From positions 310,001 through 374,000 of the forward strand of contig CDROCS010000253.1 in assembly GCA_977020255.1 (NCBI GenBank): a stretch of 64,000 nt of DNA. Direction: 5' to 3'. The notes under the pieces were generated by a model. It saw only the letters and a list, made by a program, of their open reading frames with translations. It was not told where the DNA came from and searched no databases. Of this stretch, positions 31,571-41,314 are shown piece after piece. The stretch comes from Obrimoposthia wandeli (Eukaryota). Position 1 is the first letter of the stretch. Every line of letters starts with the position of its first letter. Made by a program: the position numbers and the translations under genes.

Positions 31571-32335
31571 TTATAATTTAATATTATTTTCTTTAAGCAC
31601 TTGATGTAAGTACTTCACCGGTATTGCGTAAGTGATACCACTAGGGTTACTAATAACCGCCTCTTTAGTTCCTTGTACAAAAACTTTATTGATTATGCCT
31701 ACTACTTCTCCTTTTTTCATATCATACATAGCACTGCCACTGTTTCCAGGATAGGCCGTCGCATCAAGTTGATAAACCAAGTAAGGGTTGCGCATACGTT
31801 TAAGCATTTTTAAATTAATTTGCCCCGCAGAAACGGCAGGAATAACGGTCGGTGTAATACTGGCAATCATACCTCGATGAGTCACTGGGTACAGACCCAG
31901 CACTCCGCCTATCGGAAAACCAGTAAAAGCAATATAACTACCATCCGCATAAAAATCAGCATTGGCTAACTTCATCGCGGGTAAGGCAGGTCCAGATACT
32001 TTTAAAATCGCTAAATCATATAAACTGGAAGTCGCCACAATTTCAGCTTCTCTCACTTTAGCATTTTTACCTGAACCAACAAAAACGGCCATTTTTTGCA
32101 ATAAGCTTTCATTTAATAAGGTTGGCAGTACATGCTCATTAGTAACAATGTAACGACCATCACCGATGACAAAACCTGTGCCACGTAAAATATTTTGTGG
32201 TCGACTCGTAGGTGTATGTATACCTATACCAACGACGGAAGGCTTGATTTTAGCAACAATGTCAACAAAATCGGCTTGAGCGTACGGCATAAATAAAGAA
32301 GCAAGAACTAGCAGTAAAGGTATATGTCTAGACAT
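31571..32335 (-). CDS. Exported trypsin-like (S1) serine protease
   Basis: Signal peptide; triad motifs VTNEHV, DLAIL, PGNSGS. Similar proteases occur in PEP-CTERM/exosortase loci. Confidence 0.88.
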   Translation of the reverse strand: MSRHIPLLLVLASLFMPYAQADFVDIVAKIKPSVVGIGIHTPTSRPQNILRGTGFVIGDGRYIVTNEHVLPTLLNESLLQKMAVFVGSGKNAKVREAEIVATSSLYDLAILKVSGPALPAMKLANADFYADGSYIAFTGFPIGGVLGLYPVTHRGMIASITPTVIPAVSAGQINLKMLKRMRNPYLVYQLDATAYPGNSGSAMYDMKKGEVVGIINKVFVQGTKEAVISNPSGITYAIPVKYLHQVLKENNIKL

Positions 32336-32630
32336 AATTTTTCCTAAGTAAAATAAGCGATATTTGTTATCGAAAAGAAATACTATCTTAAACTATGCTT
32401 CATACAAAATACTTTAATATTATAGCTAGCAAAGAATATTTTTATAAAAATCACTAACCTTGTCCATAATTAAGGCTTGAAGCTACTAATAAAAACCTAA
32501 CTTGGAATTATTCATATCATAATTAACAGGCTAACTCATGGTATAGTCCATTAAATTATAAGGATTTAATTTATATCCACTTGCCTATGCATTGCTTTCA
32601 CAGTCATAATAACATTGCTAAGAAGTGCCT

Positions 32631-32896
32631 TATACCAAACGGATTAATTTATTGGTCAGCTTAGAGCTACATTAGCGAGCTTAAAACAAGCAAAATGAGT
32701 TAACCATAGTTATTCTATATTTCATTCATTTTGTGATGTTATCAGTTTGCTAAAGAGCTCCCAAAGGGTGAGTTTAAAAGGCTTACATGCAGCGTTATTG
32801 ATTTTGACAATAGAATAACTATTCTCTGCAATCAATGCCTTGCCTCTAAGCCTTTTAATTCTCGCTAAGTGAGTAATAAATTAGTCCGATTGGTAT
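32631..32896. repeat. TA-flanked element, family B (266 bp)
   Basis: Terminal inverted repeat TATACCAAACGGATTAATTTATT...AATAAATTAGTCCGATTGGTAT; reverse complement aligns with 54021-54333. Confidence 0.9.
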
Positions 32897-32919
32897 TATA
32901 TTAATTTTCAGGATGATAA

Positions 32920-34326
32920 ATGACTACCTTTGTTCACGAGCTTATAAGCCATAGTGCACAACGCTCTCCCGAAGCAATTGCGCTGCAAACAAAAAACATT
33001 AAGCTTAGTTATGCCCAGCTTAATAAAAAGGTAACCAAAGTAGCGCAAGGCTATGCATCACTAGCCATTACACCAGGCGACCGCATTGGTGTTTACTTAG
33101 CAAAAAATCAAGAAAATGTTCAAAGTATGTTTGCCTGTTCTTTACTCGGCGCAGTCTTTGTCCCCATCAACCCGGTATTAAAAGCCCAACAAGTTTACTA
33201 TATCGCTAACGATTGCCAAATAAAGTTACTGGTCACTAACCGTGCAAGACTTACTGCCCTGATTCCTTTATTAGATAAGCTCCCTGAGCTAAGTACTATT
33301 GTTGTCATTGATGCTGACGAGCAAGAAATAGAAAAAATAGCCTGTTATAAATCAGTTAACCTGCTTAGTTGGCAATATTTTATCTCTCCAAAATCGATGA
33401 CGAACAACCAACAATGCTCAATGTCGGCTAATGACATTGCTGCCATTTTGTATACTTCAGGCAGTACCGGTCAACCAAAAGGTATTATGCTCAGTCATAC
33501 TAATATCGTGCTGGGTGCAAAATCTGTTAGCCAATATCTCGAGCTGACCTCTCATGACAATATTCTTACTGTATTACCGTTAAGTTTTGATTATGGCCTA
33601 AACCAATTAACCAGTTGTTTCTTAGTAGGCGCCAAATGTGTATTACTCGATTACTTATTGGCTAATGATGTAGTAAAAGCCATCGCCACGTATGAAATTA
33701 CCGGTTTAGCTGCTGTACCACTGCTGTGGATGCAATTAGTAAAAGCAAACTGGCCAAAAAATTCGGCCAAAACAATGCTATATTTTACCAATTCTGGGGG
33801 CGTATTACCTTTGGTAACTCTAACAGAATTGAGAGAAAATATGCCTCAAGCTAAGCCTTATCTTATGTATGGTTTAACAGAGGCTTTTCGCTCCAGCTTT
33901 TTGTCTCCGGCTGAGATAGACAATAGGCCCAACTCAATGGGTAAGGCTATTCCTCACGCAGAAATTCTTGTGTTACGAGAAGACGGTAGTAATTGTGATG
34001 ACGATGAAGTGGGTGAGTTGGTGCATATTGGTCCATTAGTGACTTTAGGTTATTGGTACAATGAGACTGCCACTACAGAAAGATTTAAAGTAATACCTAA
34101 ACAAGCAATAAATACTCAAAACACTGATCTAGCTGTATTTTCAGTAGATTATGTTAAGCGCGATAGTAACGGTTTTCTCTATTTTGTTTCCAGAAAAGAT
34201 GCCATGATAAAGACCTCAGGCTATCGGGTAAGTCCAACAGAAGTAGAGTCTGTACTATTACAGCTGCCTCAAGTTAGTGAAGCGGTAATAATTGCCAGCC
34301 CAAAAGACTTTCTTAGCCAGCCGTAA
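32920..34326 (+). pseudogene. Acyl-CoA ligase (AMP-forming), exosortase A system-associated type, C-terminally truncated
   Basis: YTSGSTGQPKG and YGLTEAFRS are present, but the SGD motif reads SVD. The ORF stops at ...ASPKDFLSQP, before the catalytic-Lys (PxxxxGK) motif, and no continuation follows in another frame. Confidence 0.75.
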
Positions 34327-34435
34327 GTGAGTGAGGTCTTACTTTAAATCTTATTTTTGCATAATTACAGCTAAGTACTCTTAACGACTATACTGAAATT
34401 GGTCTAGTTAATTATAATCTCATCATGGAAGAAAC

Positions 34436-35260
34436 ATGAACTGGAATAGACGATTATTAGACACACCCGTTATTGGTGATATCACCAAAATAATTGTCTC
34501 TGCTAAGGCAAGTAGAGAAGCTCATAATATTTCAGATCATTTCACCCAATTTTTACAGCCTTATGTTGCTGTCAGTCAAAGATTAAAAGAAGAAGCATTT
34601 AAAATTCGTCATGAGGTTTACTGTGAAGAATTAGCTTTTGAAGAGGTTAGAGACAATGGCCAAGAAACAGATGAATTTGATCATCGTTCAATTTTTTCTT
34701 TAATCAAACATAAACCGTCAGAAACATTCACTAGCTGTGTGCGCTTAGTCACATCAAATGGCCCAGATGAATTACTTCCCATTGAAAAATATTGTATAGA
34801 TTCAATTACTAACGAAGAGCTTCACCCTAAAAACTTTAATCGTGATGAAATAGCAGAAATATCACGCTTAGCGGTTAAGTCTCATTTTCGCCGACGTAAA
34901 GCCGATAATTATAAAGGCTCGAGTACTGGGGTTATCAGTGAAAGCAGCTATTTAGAAACCGGAATACGTTGCTTCCCCTTTATTTCCATCGGTTTATATA
35001 TGGCGGCAGCCATTATGTGTATAAATACAGGTATTCGTCATGTTTATGTCATGATGGAACCAAAACTTGCCCGCAGCATGAGAGTTATTGGTATTAATTT
35101 TCAGCCACTCGGTGCCCCTATTGACTATCATGGTTTACGTGTTCCTTATTATATTAGCCCTGAAATTTTTATAAATAACCTTTCTCCTGGTTTTAAGAGT
35201 CTTTTTAAAACCATTGAAAAAGACATCTGCTTGCAATTAAAGCAATTAGATTTAACCTAG
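34436..35260 (+). CDS. N-acyl amino acid synthase (PEP-CTERM/exosortase-associated acyltransferase, FeeM-like GNAT fold)
   Basis: EEAFKIRHEVYCEELAFE...ETDEFDHRS...CVRLV...EISRLAV...VMMEPKLARSMRVIGINFQPLGAPIDYHGLRVPY. Confidence 0.85.
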   Translation: MNWNRRLLDTPVIGDITKIIVSAKASREAHNISDHFTQFLQPYVAVSQRLKEEAFKIRHEVYCEELAFEEVRDNGQETDEFDHRSIFSLIKHKPSETFTSCVRLVTSNGPDELLPIEKYCIDSITNEELHPKNFNRDEIAEISRLAVKSHFRRRKADNYKGSSTGVISESSYLETGIRCFPFISIGLYMAAAIMCINTGIRHVYVMMEPKLARSMRVIGINFQPLGAPIDYHGLRVPYYISPEIFINNLSPGFKSLFKTIEKDICLQLKQLDLT

Positions 35261-35285
35261 CAAAATTACAGCGGATAGCCGCTAA

Positions 35286-36968
35286 GTGCCACCTATGTCA
35301 CAGCAACTTATCTCTCTCATTGAAAATATATTAGCAACTGATTCGAGTTTATCGTTTGAGCCTCAGCAACTTTCCCTCTTTATGCTTGGCACTGAAGGGT
35401 TCGCGTGTTTGGAGAATAAACAAAGGGAGTTATTGGCCGTGATCACATTAACTCAATCCCATGAGATTAAAGCGCTACTTGATTTAGCCAACCACTGTGC
35501 GACAGATGAAAAACTCGCTTTTTCCCTTTACCCTATAAGCACAGGAAAAAACTGGGGTTATGGTTCTAGCCAGCCTGCTGGCATAGCTAAAAACATTATT
35601 CTGTTAGATTTAGGTCAGTTAACAGATATAAAACACTTCGACAGTGAGCTGGGCTTGGTCACGATTGAGCCGGGAGTCACTCAACAGCAATTGAGTGATT
35701 ATTTACAGCTAAATAATCATGACTATATGGTGCCTGTGACTGGTGCAGGACCCGACTGCTCTATACTAGCCAATGCCTTAGAGCGCGGTTACGGTATAAC
35801 GCCTTATACCGACCACTTTAGTGCTGTTAACAGTATTCAGGGCTATTGGGCCAATGGCACGCCTTATCAGTCGGCAGTCAATGAACTAGATGCCAGTGAT
35901 GAAAAGTTTGTAGATAAAACCTTTAAATGGGGGCTTGGTCCTTATTTAGAAGGGCTATTTACTCAGTCTAACCTTGGCATAGTTAGCCAAATGACGATTC
36001 GTTTAGCAAAAAAGAAAGCTGATTTCACATCCTTTTTTATCCAAATGGAAGATGATGCCTTACTTGAAAAAGCGGTGCCATTAATACGACAAGTATTACA
36101 AGACTATGAAGGTATTGTTGGCTCAATTAACTTAATGGATCAACGCCGTTTATTGTCAATGTTTGCTAAGAACCCCAAGGGTAACGATGCCCATCAAGTA
36201 ATGAACAATCAAGATATTGAAAGGTTAGCTAAAGAATTACAAAGTCCTAATTGGACCATTGTTGGTAGTATCTACGGCAGCGTAGGCGTTGTTAAAGCAG
36301 TAAAAAAAGAGATTGACCTCATCTTTAAATACCTGCCATGTAAGCGAATATATTCAAATAGCCCAACAATAGTGCTAGCGAATAAGATTATTAAGTACAT
36401 CCCCTCTAAATTGATTAGTAAAATTCCTGCTTTATCTGTGGCTACAGCACAGCTTGATTCGTTTAATAAGGGCAAGGAAATTATGTTAGGCAAGCCAAAC
36501 AAGGTCGCCTTAAAACTTGCTTATTGGCGTAATAAAGAGACGGAAGGCGTTGATAATGAGAATTTATCACCAGGAGAAGATGGCTGTGGTTTACTTTGGT
36601 ATGCTCCTTTAATAGCGATGAAAGCAAATAAAATGCGAGAGTTTGTCGAGTTTATTAGAGCGACTTGTCCAAAATATAATATTGAGCCTTTCATCACCTT
36701 TACCAATCTAAAACACGACTGTGTTGATAGCACAATTCCTATTGTCTTTGATTTAAGTAATCCTCAGGCTGTCACCGATGCTCATAATTGCTTAAAAGCA
36801 CTGGTAGAGGAAGGACTAAAAAAAGGCTTTGTACCCTATCGTCTAAACATAGATCAACAACAGTGGTTACTCAATAAAAACAGTGACTTTTGGCAAACAG
36901 TCAATAAAATAAAAAACAGTTTAGATCCCCATAATATCCTAAGCCAAGGAAGGTATAACCCTAAGTAA
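35286..36968 (+). CDS. FAD-linked oxidoreductase, VAO/PCMH (4-phenol oxidising) family
   Basis: PISTGKNWGYGS, VTIEPGVT, NALERGYGITPY, LFTQSNLGIV, VPYRL, LDPHNILSQGR. Confidence 0.88.
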   Translation: MPPMSQQLISLIENILATDSSLSFEPQQLSLFMLGTEGFACLENKQRELLAVITLTQSHEIKALLDLANHCATDEKLAFSLYPISTGKNWGYGSSQPAGIAKNIILLDLGQLTDIKHFDSELGLVTIEPGVTQQQLSDYLQLNNHDYMVPVTGAGPDCSILANALERGYGITPYTDHFSAVNSIQGYWANGTPYQSAVNELDASDEKFVDKTFKWGLGPYLEGLFTQSNLGIVSQMTIRLAKKKADFTSFFIQMEDDALLEKAVPLIRQVLQDYEGIVGSINLMDQRRLLSMFAKNPKGNDAHQVMNNQDIERLAKELQSPNWTIVGSIYGSVGVVKAVKKEIDLIFKYLPCKRIYSNSPTIVLANKIIKYIPSKLISKIPALSVATAQLDSFNKGKEIMLGKPNKVALKLAYWRNKETEGVDNENLSPGEDGCGLLWYAPLIAMKANKMREFVEFIRATCPKYNIEPFITFTNLKHDCVDSTIPIVFDLSNPQAVTDAHNCLKALVEEGLKKGFVPYRLNIDQQQWLLNKNSDFWQTVNKIKNSLDPHNILSQGRYNPK

Positions 36969-36994
36969 CCCCCAATATACCCGCTACCAAATGA

Positions 36995-37027
36995 AAAAAG
37001 CCAATAAGTTTGTGCTTATTGGCTTTG
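36995..37027. terminator. Intrinsic terminator between convergent flavoprotein and HDOD genes
   Basis: AAAGCCAATAAG-TTTGTG-CTTATTGGCTTT; preceded by a lone repeat end TATACCCGCTACCA at 36976. Confidence 0.75.
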
Positions 37028-37056
37028 CTATAAATAAATTTTTACTTAAATGAATA

Positions 37057-37908
37057 CTAATAAATCATAGAAGCGCCAGGGTTTAAAATTGACAACAAAC
37101 CTAAGCGTTCTAAATCACAATAATCAACGGCATTTTCTAGCATAGATTTATCAAGGCAGAGCTGTTCTAGCTGCTCTTTAGTTAACAAGTCACCATAATC
37201 TAAGTTTTGCTCTTTAAAAACTTGGTGCATACTCATCACCCGTTTAGCGACATATAACAGCTGTGTTTCTGTGTTATATTGACTTAGATCTTCAACATCT
37301 TGATATCGAATAGGCGCAAAAATACTATAAGGTAATTGCCATTGTTTTAATAACTCAGCAGAACATTGACCAAAAGTAAATCCTAAAACGTCTTGTTGTT
37401 TTACCCAAGGTAATAAGTTGATGTCCTGACTATCGCAAGCACGCTGCTTTTCCGTGGTAATTTGGTGAATAACTAATTCACCTAAATTATGCAACAAACC
37501 TAAAATGAATAGGCGTTCAGCATGAACAAGGCCTAAACTAGTACCTAAGAACTTCATCAACAAAGCGCAATCAACACTTTTTATCCAAAAATCATCGAGA
37601 TAATCTTGGTTCGCATCAATATTTTTAAAAGCTTCCGTGGTAAAGTAGGCAATAACAAGATTATAAACTTCCGTAATCCCCAACACCAAGACGGCCTTAG
37701 AGATAGTATCTATTTTACCTGGATAACTAAAAAAGGGACTATTCGCCAATTTTAATACCGTCCCCGAGAGAGCTGGATCGAGTAGGATAACCTCTGAAAT
37801 ATCATCTATGGTAGATGATTCATCATCAATTAATTCCCTAATTCTAATAAAAGAATCTGATAAAACAAAAATTTCTTCGGCTTGTTCTACATAATCATCT
37901 GCGGTCAT
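37057..37908 (-). CDS. Stand-alone HDOD domain protein
   Basis: DPALSGTVLKLANSPFF...TISKAVLVLG...GLLHNLGELV...ELLKQWQLP. Confidence 0.9.
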   Translation of the reverse strand: MTADDYVEQAEEIFVLSDSFIRIRELIDDESSTIDDISEVILLDPALSGTVLKLANSPFFSYPGKIDTISKAVLVLGITEVYNLVIAYFTTEAFKNIDANQDYLDDFWIKSVDCALLMKFLGTSLGLVHAERLFILGLLHNLGELVIHQITTEKQRACDSQDINLLPWVKQQDVLGFTFGQCSAELLKQWQLPYSIFAPIRYQDVEDLSQYNTETQLLYVAKRVMSMHQVFKEQNLDYGDLLTKEQLEQLCLDKSMLENAVDYCDLERLGLLSILNPGASMIY

Positions 37909-37992
37909 ATTATTACCTTAAATACTGCAGTCTAGAAGTTCGACATATGAGCTAAAGAGCAAATATCATGAGTCATTTTCAAGTTCACGTTA

Positions 37993-38844
37993 CTAATAGT
38001 CAATGCTTATCTGATATGAGCTAAATTTTCTCATATTTATTACGCCTTTATCAAAAATTAAATACTGGCCTTTAATTCCCAAAAGTACGCCTGATACAGT
38101 ATCCGTTTTATCAAAATTAAAAGAACTAATTTTGGTTAAATACTCACTTACTGGGTAATTAATTTCTTGCACACTTTCATTTAACTCTTGAATTGCATCA
38201 CTACCAAACTTAAGCCTAAGTTGCGATAAACGCAAACTAATCTCTGGGATTAACTCTTCTGCTTTGGCTTTTAAATCTAAAGGCTCTGGCTCACCTTTTA
38301 ACATAGCGCGCCAATTGGTTTTATCACTAATAAATTCAGCCAATGCAGTTTCTACAAGACCTGACTGCAAACGAGTGCTCACTTTGAATATTGGCAACGC
38401 TTGACAAGCCCCTTGGTCAATCCAGCGGGTAGGTAACTGAGTGTGTCGCGTTATGCCGACTTTCAAACCAGAGCTATTGGCCAAGTAAACATAATGATCA
38501 ACCATACAGTTACTTTCCCCCCACTCAGGCTCACGACAAGTTCCTAAATGAAAATGACACGTTTCAGGTTTCATAATACATAAATCACATTGAGCAAGTT
38601 TACTCATACATGGGTAACAATATCCCTGCGAGTAACTTTTTTTAATCCGTTTTCCACAATGCTTACAGGCTATAGTGCCAGAAAAGTGTAAGCTTATTTG
38701 TTTTCCTATTAAAGGATTTAACGCGATACTCTGTTTAGTGCCATCACCATTAAGGCTCACCAACGGTAGCTGATATTGAACTAAATTATTACTATCAAGT
38801 TGTGCGGTAAGTTTTTCGACCGCTCCGACTTCACTAATTGGCAT
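37993..38844 (-). CDS. DUF2797 family protein
   Basis: CKHCG..KKSYSQGYCYPC, CDLCIMKPETCHF..GTCREPEWG, KVGITR..QLPTRWIDQGA, LLGIKGQYL. Confidence 0.88.
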   Translation of the reverse strand: MPISEVGAVEKLTAQLDSNNLVQYQLPLVSLNGDGTKQSIALNPLIGKQISLHFSGTIACKHCGKRIKKSYSQGYCYPCMSKLAQCDLCIMKPETCHFHLGTCREPEWGESNCMVDHYVYLANSSGLKVGITRHTQLPTRWIDQGACQALPIFKVSTRLQSGLVETALAEFISDKTNWRAMLKGEPEPLDLKAKAEELIPEISLRLSQLRLKFGSDAIQELNESVQEINYPVSEYLTKISSFNFDKTDTVSGVLLGIKGQYLIFDKGVINMRKFSSYQISIDY

Positions 38845-38967
38845 AGTTGCTCTCTATTTTGTATTAGGTTTTATATTTATTTTTTCGTAAAGGACTTTTT
38901 AATGTGATTTTTTATCATATGAAGCTTAACATCATAAAAAAGCAGTATTGATAGCTATTATTCACCA

Positions 38968-39381
38968 CTAAAACTGAACTTTTTTTCGTGTTTGTTTAAC
39001 ATCTTTTCTATTTGACTTCCCTGTTAAACGTCTTTGCACTGAGCCTCTGGTAGGCTTAGTCTCTCGTCGATTTTTTTGCACTACCATGACAGCTTTAATA
39101 AAATCTTTCAGTCGAGTTAGCGCATCTTCCTTATTCATTTCTTGTGTTCTAAAGCTCTGCGCTTTAATAACCACTACACCGTCTTTGGTCACACGGCTAT
39201 CTTTAGAAGCAAGTAGACGCTCTTTATAAATAGCGGGTAAAGATGATCGCTTAATATCAAACCGTAAGTGAATAGCAGTTGCTACTTTATTAACACGTTG
39301 ACCACCATTGCCCATCGAACGTATCGCACTAAGCTCTATTTCCCAATCAGCCAAGCTGACATTATTTGATATCTCAAGCAC
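38968..39381 (-). CDS. arfB: Alternative ribosome rescue peptidyl-tRNA hydrolase ArfB
   Basis: GGQ motif (SMGNGGQRVNKVATAIHLRFDI) and basic C-terminal tail RRETKPT. Confidence 0.95.
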   Translation of the reverse strand: MLEISNNVSLADWEIELSAIRSMGNGGQRVNKVATAIHLRFDIKRSSLPAIYKERLLASKDSRVTKDGVVVIKAQSFRTQEMNKEDALTRLKDFIKAVMVVQKNRRETKPTRGSVQRRLTGKSNRKDVKQTRKKVQF

Positions 39382-39435
39382 TTTTATTTACCATTTAGAT
39401 ACCTTCAAAATATTTAATAGTAATTATCACGTTAT

Positions 39436-39723
39436 ATGATAGAAAAAAACAAGACGAGTACCTGGTGGGTTTATTTATTACGCTGTAATGATAATAGCTT
39501 ATACGCGGGTGTTACCACAGATATCCATCGTCGCATTGACGAACATAATAACAGTAAACTTGGTGCAAAATATACCCGTGCAAGGCGTCCAGTGAGCTTG
39601 GCCTACCTTGAAGAGGCTAATAACAAAAGCATCGCGTGCCAAAGAGAGTATCAAATTCGCCATCTAGCTAAACCCAAGAAAGAGCTATTAGTCAGCAAAT
39701 ATAGTCAAGCCTTACAGATCTGA
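39436..39723 (+). CDS. GIY-YIG nuclease family protein (UPF0213-like)
   Basis: WWVYLLRC.DNSLYAGVTTDI.RR..EHN...GAKYTRARRPV. Confidence 0.92.
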   Translation: MIEKNKTSTWWVYLLRCNDNSLYAGVTTDIHRRIDEHNNSKLGAKYTRARRPVSLAYLEEANNKSIACQREYQIRHLAKPKKELLVSKYSQALQI

Positions 39724-39819
39724 CCAGTCAATTTTATGCACTTTATTTCGATTTAGCACCGAAGTGCTGTTAGAATGCTGCGATCGAATATCGTTTACTC
39801 ACCAAATGAAGTTGCATAG

Positions 39820-40542
39820 ATGTCTATAAAAGAAATGTTTATTGAGAATTTTTGCCCTCTTAGTGCTGATAAAATCAGCTTCACACGTCAGCAAGGTAGT
39901 GATTTTGCCAAACAAGTGGCAGATGACTTTAACCCACTACATAATATTGATGCTAAACGTTTTTGCGTACCTGGAGACTTGCTTTTTTCAATAATAATCG
40001 CAAAATCAGGACTACATAAAAATATGACCTTCGACTTTTCAGGCATGGTTAGTGACAATGTCAATCTTACCTTTCCCCAGAAAATTGATGATAGCTTCGA
40101 TATAAAAGACGATAAAGATAAAACCTGCCTAAGTGTGCATGTTAGTGGTGATAAAACGCATAACTCTACGCTAATCAATACACTGACAAAAGCCTATGTA
40201 GACTTTTCTGGACATACTTTCCCCGATATACTGATCAAACTAATGTCTGAAAATAGTGTCATGATCAACCCTGCTCGTCCTATGGTAATGTATCAATCAA
40301 TGTCTATCGATTTACATACATTCGACGCTGAGTCAGTAACACTAAAGCTTGCAAAAACCAGCTTAAGTATTGACGGTAAGCGCGGTGATGCCTGGCTTGA
40401 GTTTGATTTATTATCAAATGGTAATGTGATTGGTCATGGTAAGAAACATATGTTATTAAGTGGTCTTCGTTCGTATGAGCAAGAATCAATAGACGCCATG
40501 GTTAAGCAATACAGTGAGAGCAAGAGAAGTTACCTGCCTTAA
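39820..40542 (+). CDS. DUF3581 family protein
   Basis: FTRQQGSDFAKQVADDFNPLHNIDAKRFCVPGDLLF, VMINPARPMVMY. Confidence 0.8.
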   Translation: MSIKEMFIENFCPLSADKISFTRQQGSDFAKQVADDFNPLHNIDAKRFCVPGDLLFSIIIAKSGLHKNMTFDFSGMVSDNVNLTFPQKIDDSFDIKDDKDKTCLSVHVSGDKTHNSTLINTLTKAYVDFSGHTFPDILIKLMSENSVMINPARPMVMYQSMSIDLHTFDAESVTLKLAKTSLSIDGKRGDAWLEFDLLSNGNVIGHGKKHMLLSGLRSYEQESIDAMVKQYSESKRSYLP

Positions 40543-40553
40543 ATTCATTAGTG

Positions 40554-40591
40554 AGTTAAGTTAACTAAATTGAACATTAGTTAACTTAACT
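40554..40591. repeat. Perfect 15-bp inverted repeat between convergent genes
   Basis: AGTTAAGTTAACTAA-N8-TTAGTTAACTTAACT. Confidence 0.9.
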
Positions 40592-40618
40592 ACATCAGTT
40601 TAACTAATAGCAAACGAA

Positions 40619-41176
40619 TTAATCACGATATACTTTATCAAACTCACTTTGTTGCTGCATTTTATTTTCACTGCAATAAGCGAATACTGACATACTTTTG
40701 GGGCGCTGACACTTAATAGGCTGACTATAAAACTGTAACCAAGCCCGCTGCTTACTCCCTTGATATTTTGATCGAATAACAATGGCACTACTTTGATTAA
40801 ACGTTATCATATTCTTTTGTGAGTTAGATGATACTTTATTAATTTTTGTATAATAAGTTTTATTTTTCAATGCTTTATTTTTATTTGATTTTTTATTCTT
40901 CTTAGTCTTCTTTTTTTTATCCCCATATTGAGCTCGAAACTTTGCCAACGAGCTACGTTCACATCGCCACCATTTATCTCTCGCTTTATCTTCTTTAGCC
41001 CTTAAACTCTCTCCTCGCTTTAAAGAGTAACCTTTACGTTGCATCGTTTGAATATTATGCAATTTTTCCAGAAAGGGCTTACATCGTTTTTTAGCAAATG
41101 CGGTAGAGCTATACGCAAAAGAAAAGAGCACAACAGCGAAACAAAAGATAACGAGTGAAGTAAATATTTTCATCAT
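40619..41176 (-). CDS. Exported, very basic hypothetical protein with four Cys
   Basis: Signal peptide ending in AFA; Lys/Arg-rich, including DKKKKTKKNKKSNKNK; Cys pairs in the N- and C-terminal segments. Confidence 0.8.
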   Translation of the reverse strand: MMKIFTSLVIFCFAVVLFSFAYSSTAFAKKRCKPFLEKLHNIQTMQRKGYSLKRGESLRAKEDKARDKWWRCERSSLAKFRAQYGDKKKKTKKNKKSNKNKALKNKTYYTKINKVSSNSQKNMITFNQSSAIVIRSKYQGSKQRAWLQFYSQPIKCQRPKSMSVFAYCSENKMQQQSEFDKVYRD

Positions 41177-41314
41177 AGCAATCCTTGCTAAATTTCATTA
41201 ACTTCGCCAAATAAAGCTCAGTCATTGACCTAATAATTCTTAATAGTTAAGGTCTCCATTGTTAAAATATAGACTAAACTTTAATTTTTACCAGTAGCAA
41301 TTACACGGAGGTTA

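Noticed and set aside
32580-32625. CATTGCT repeats reminiscent of the RyhB core
   Set aside because: Match is too short, and there is no Fur box or terminator in the right position.
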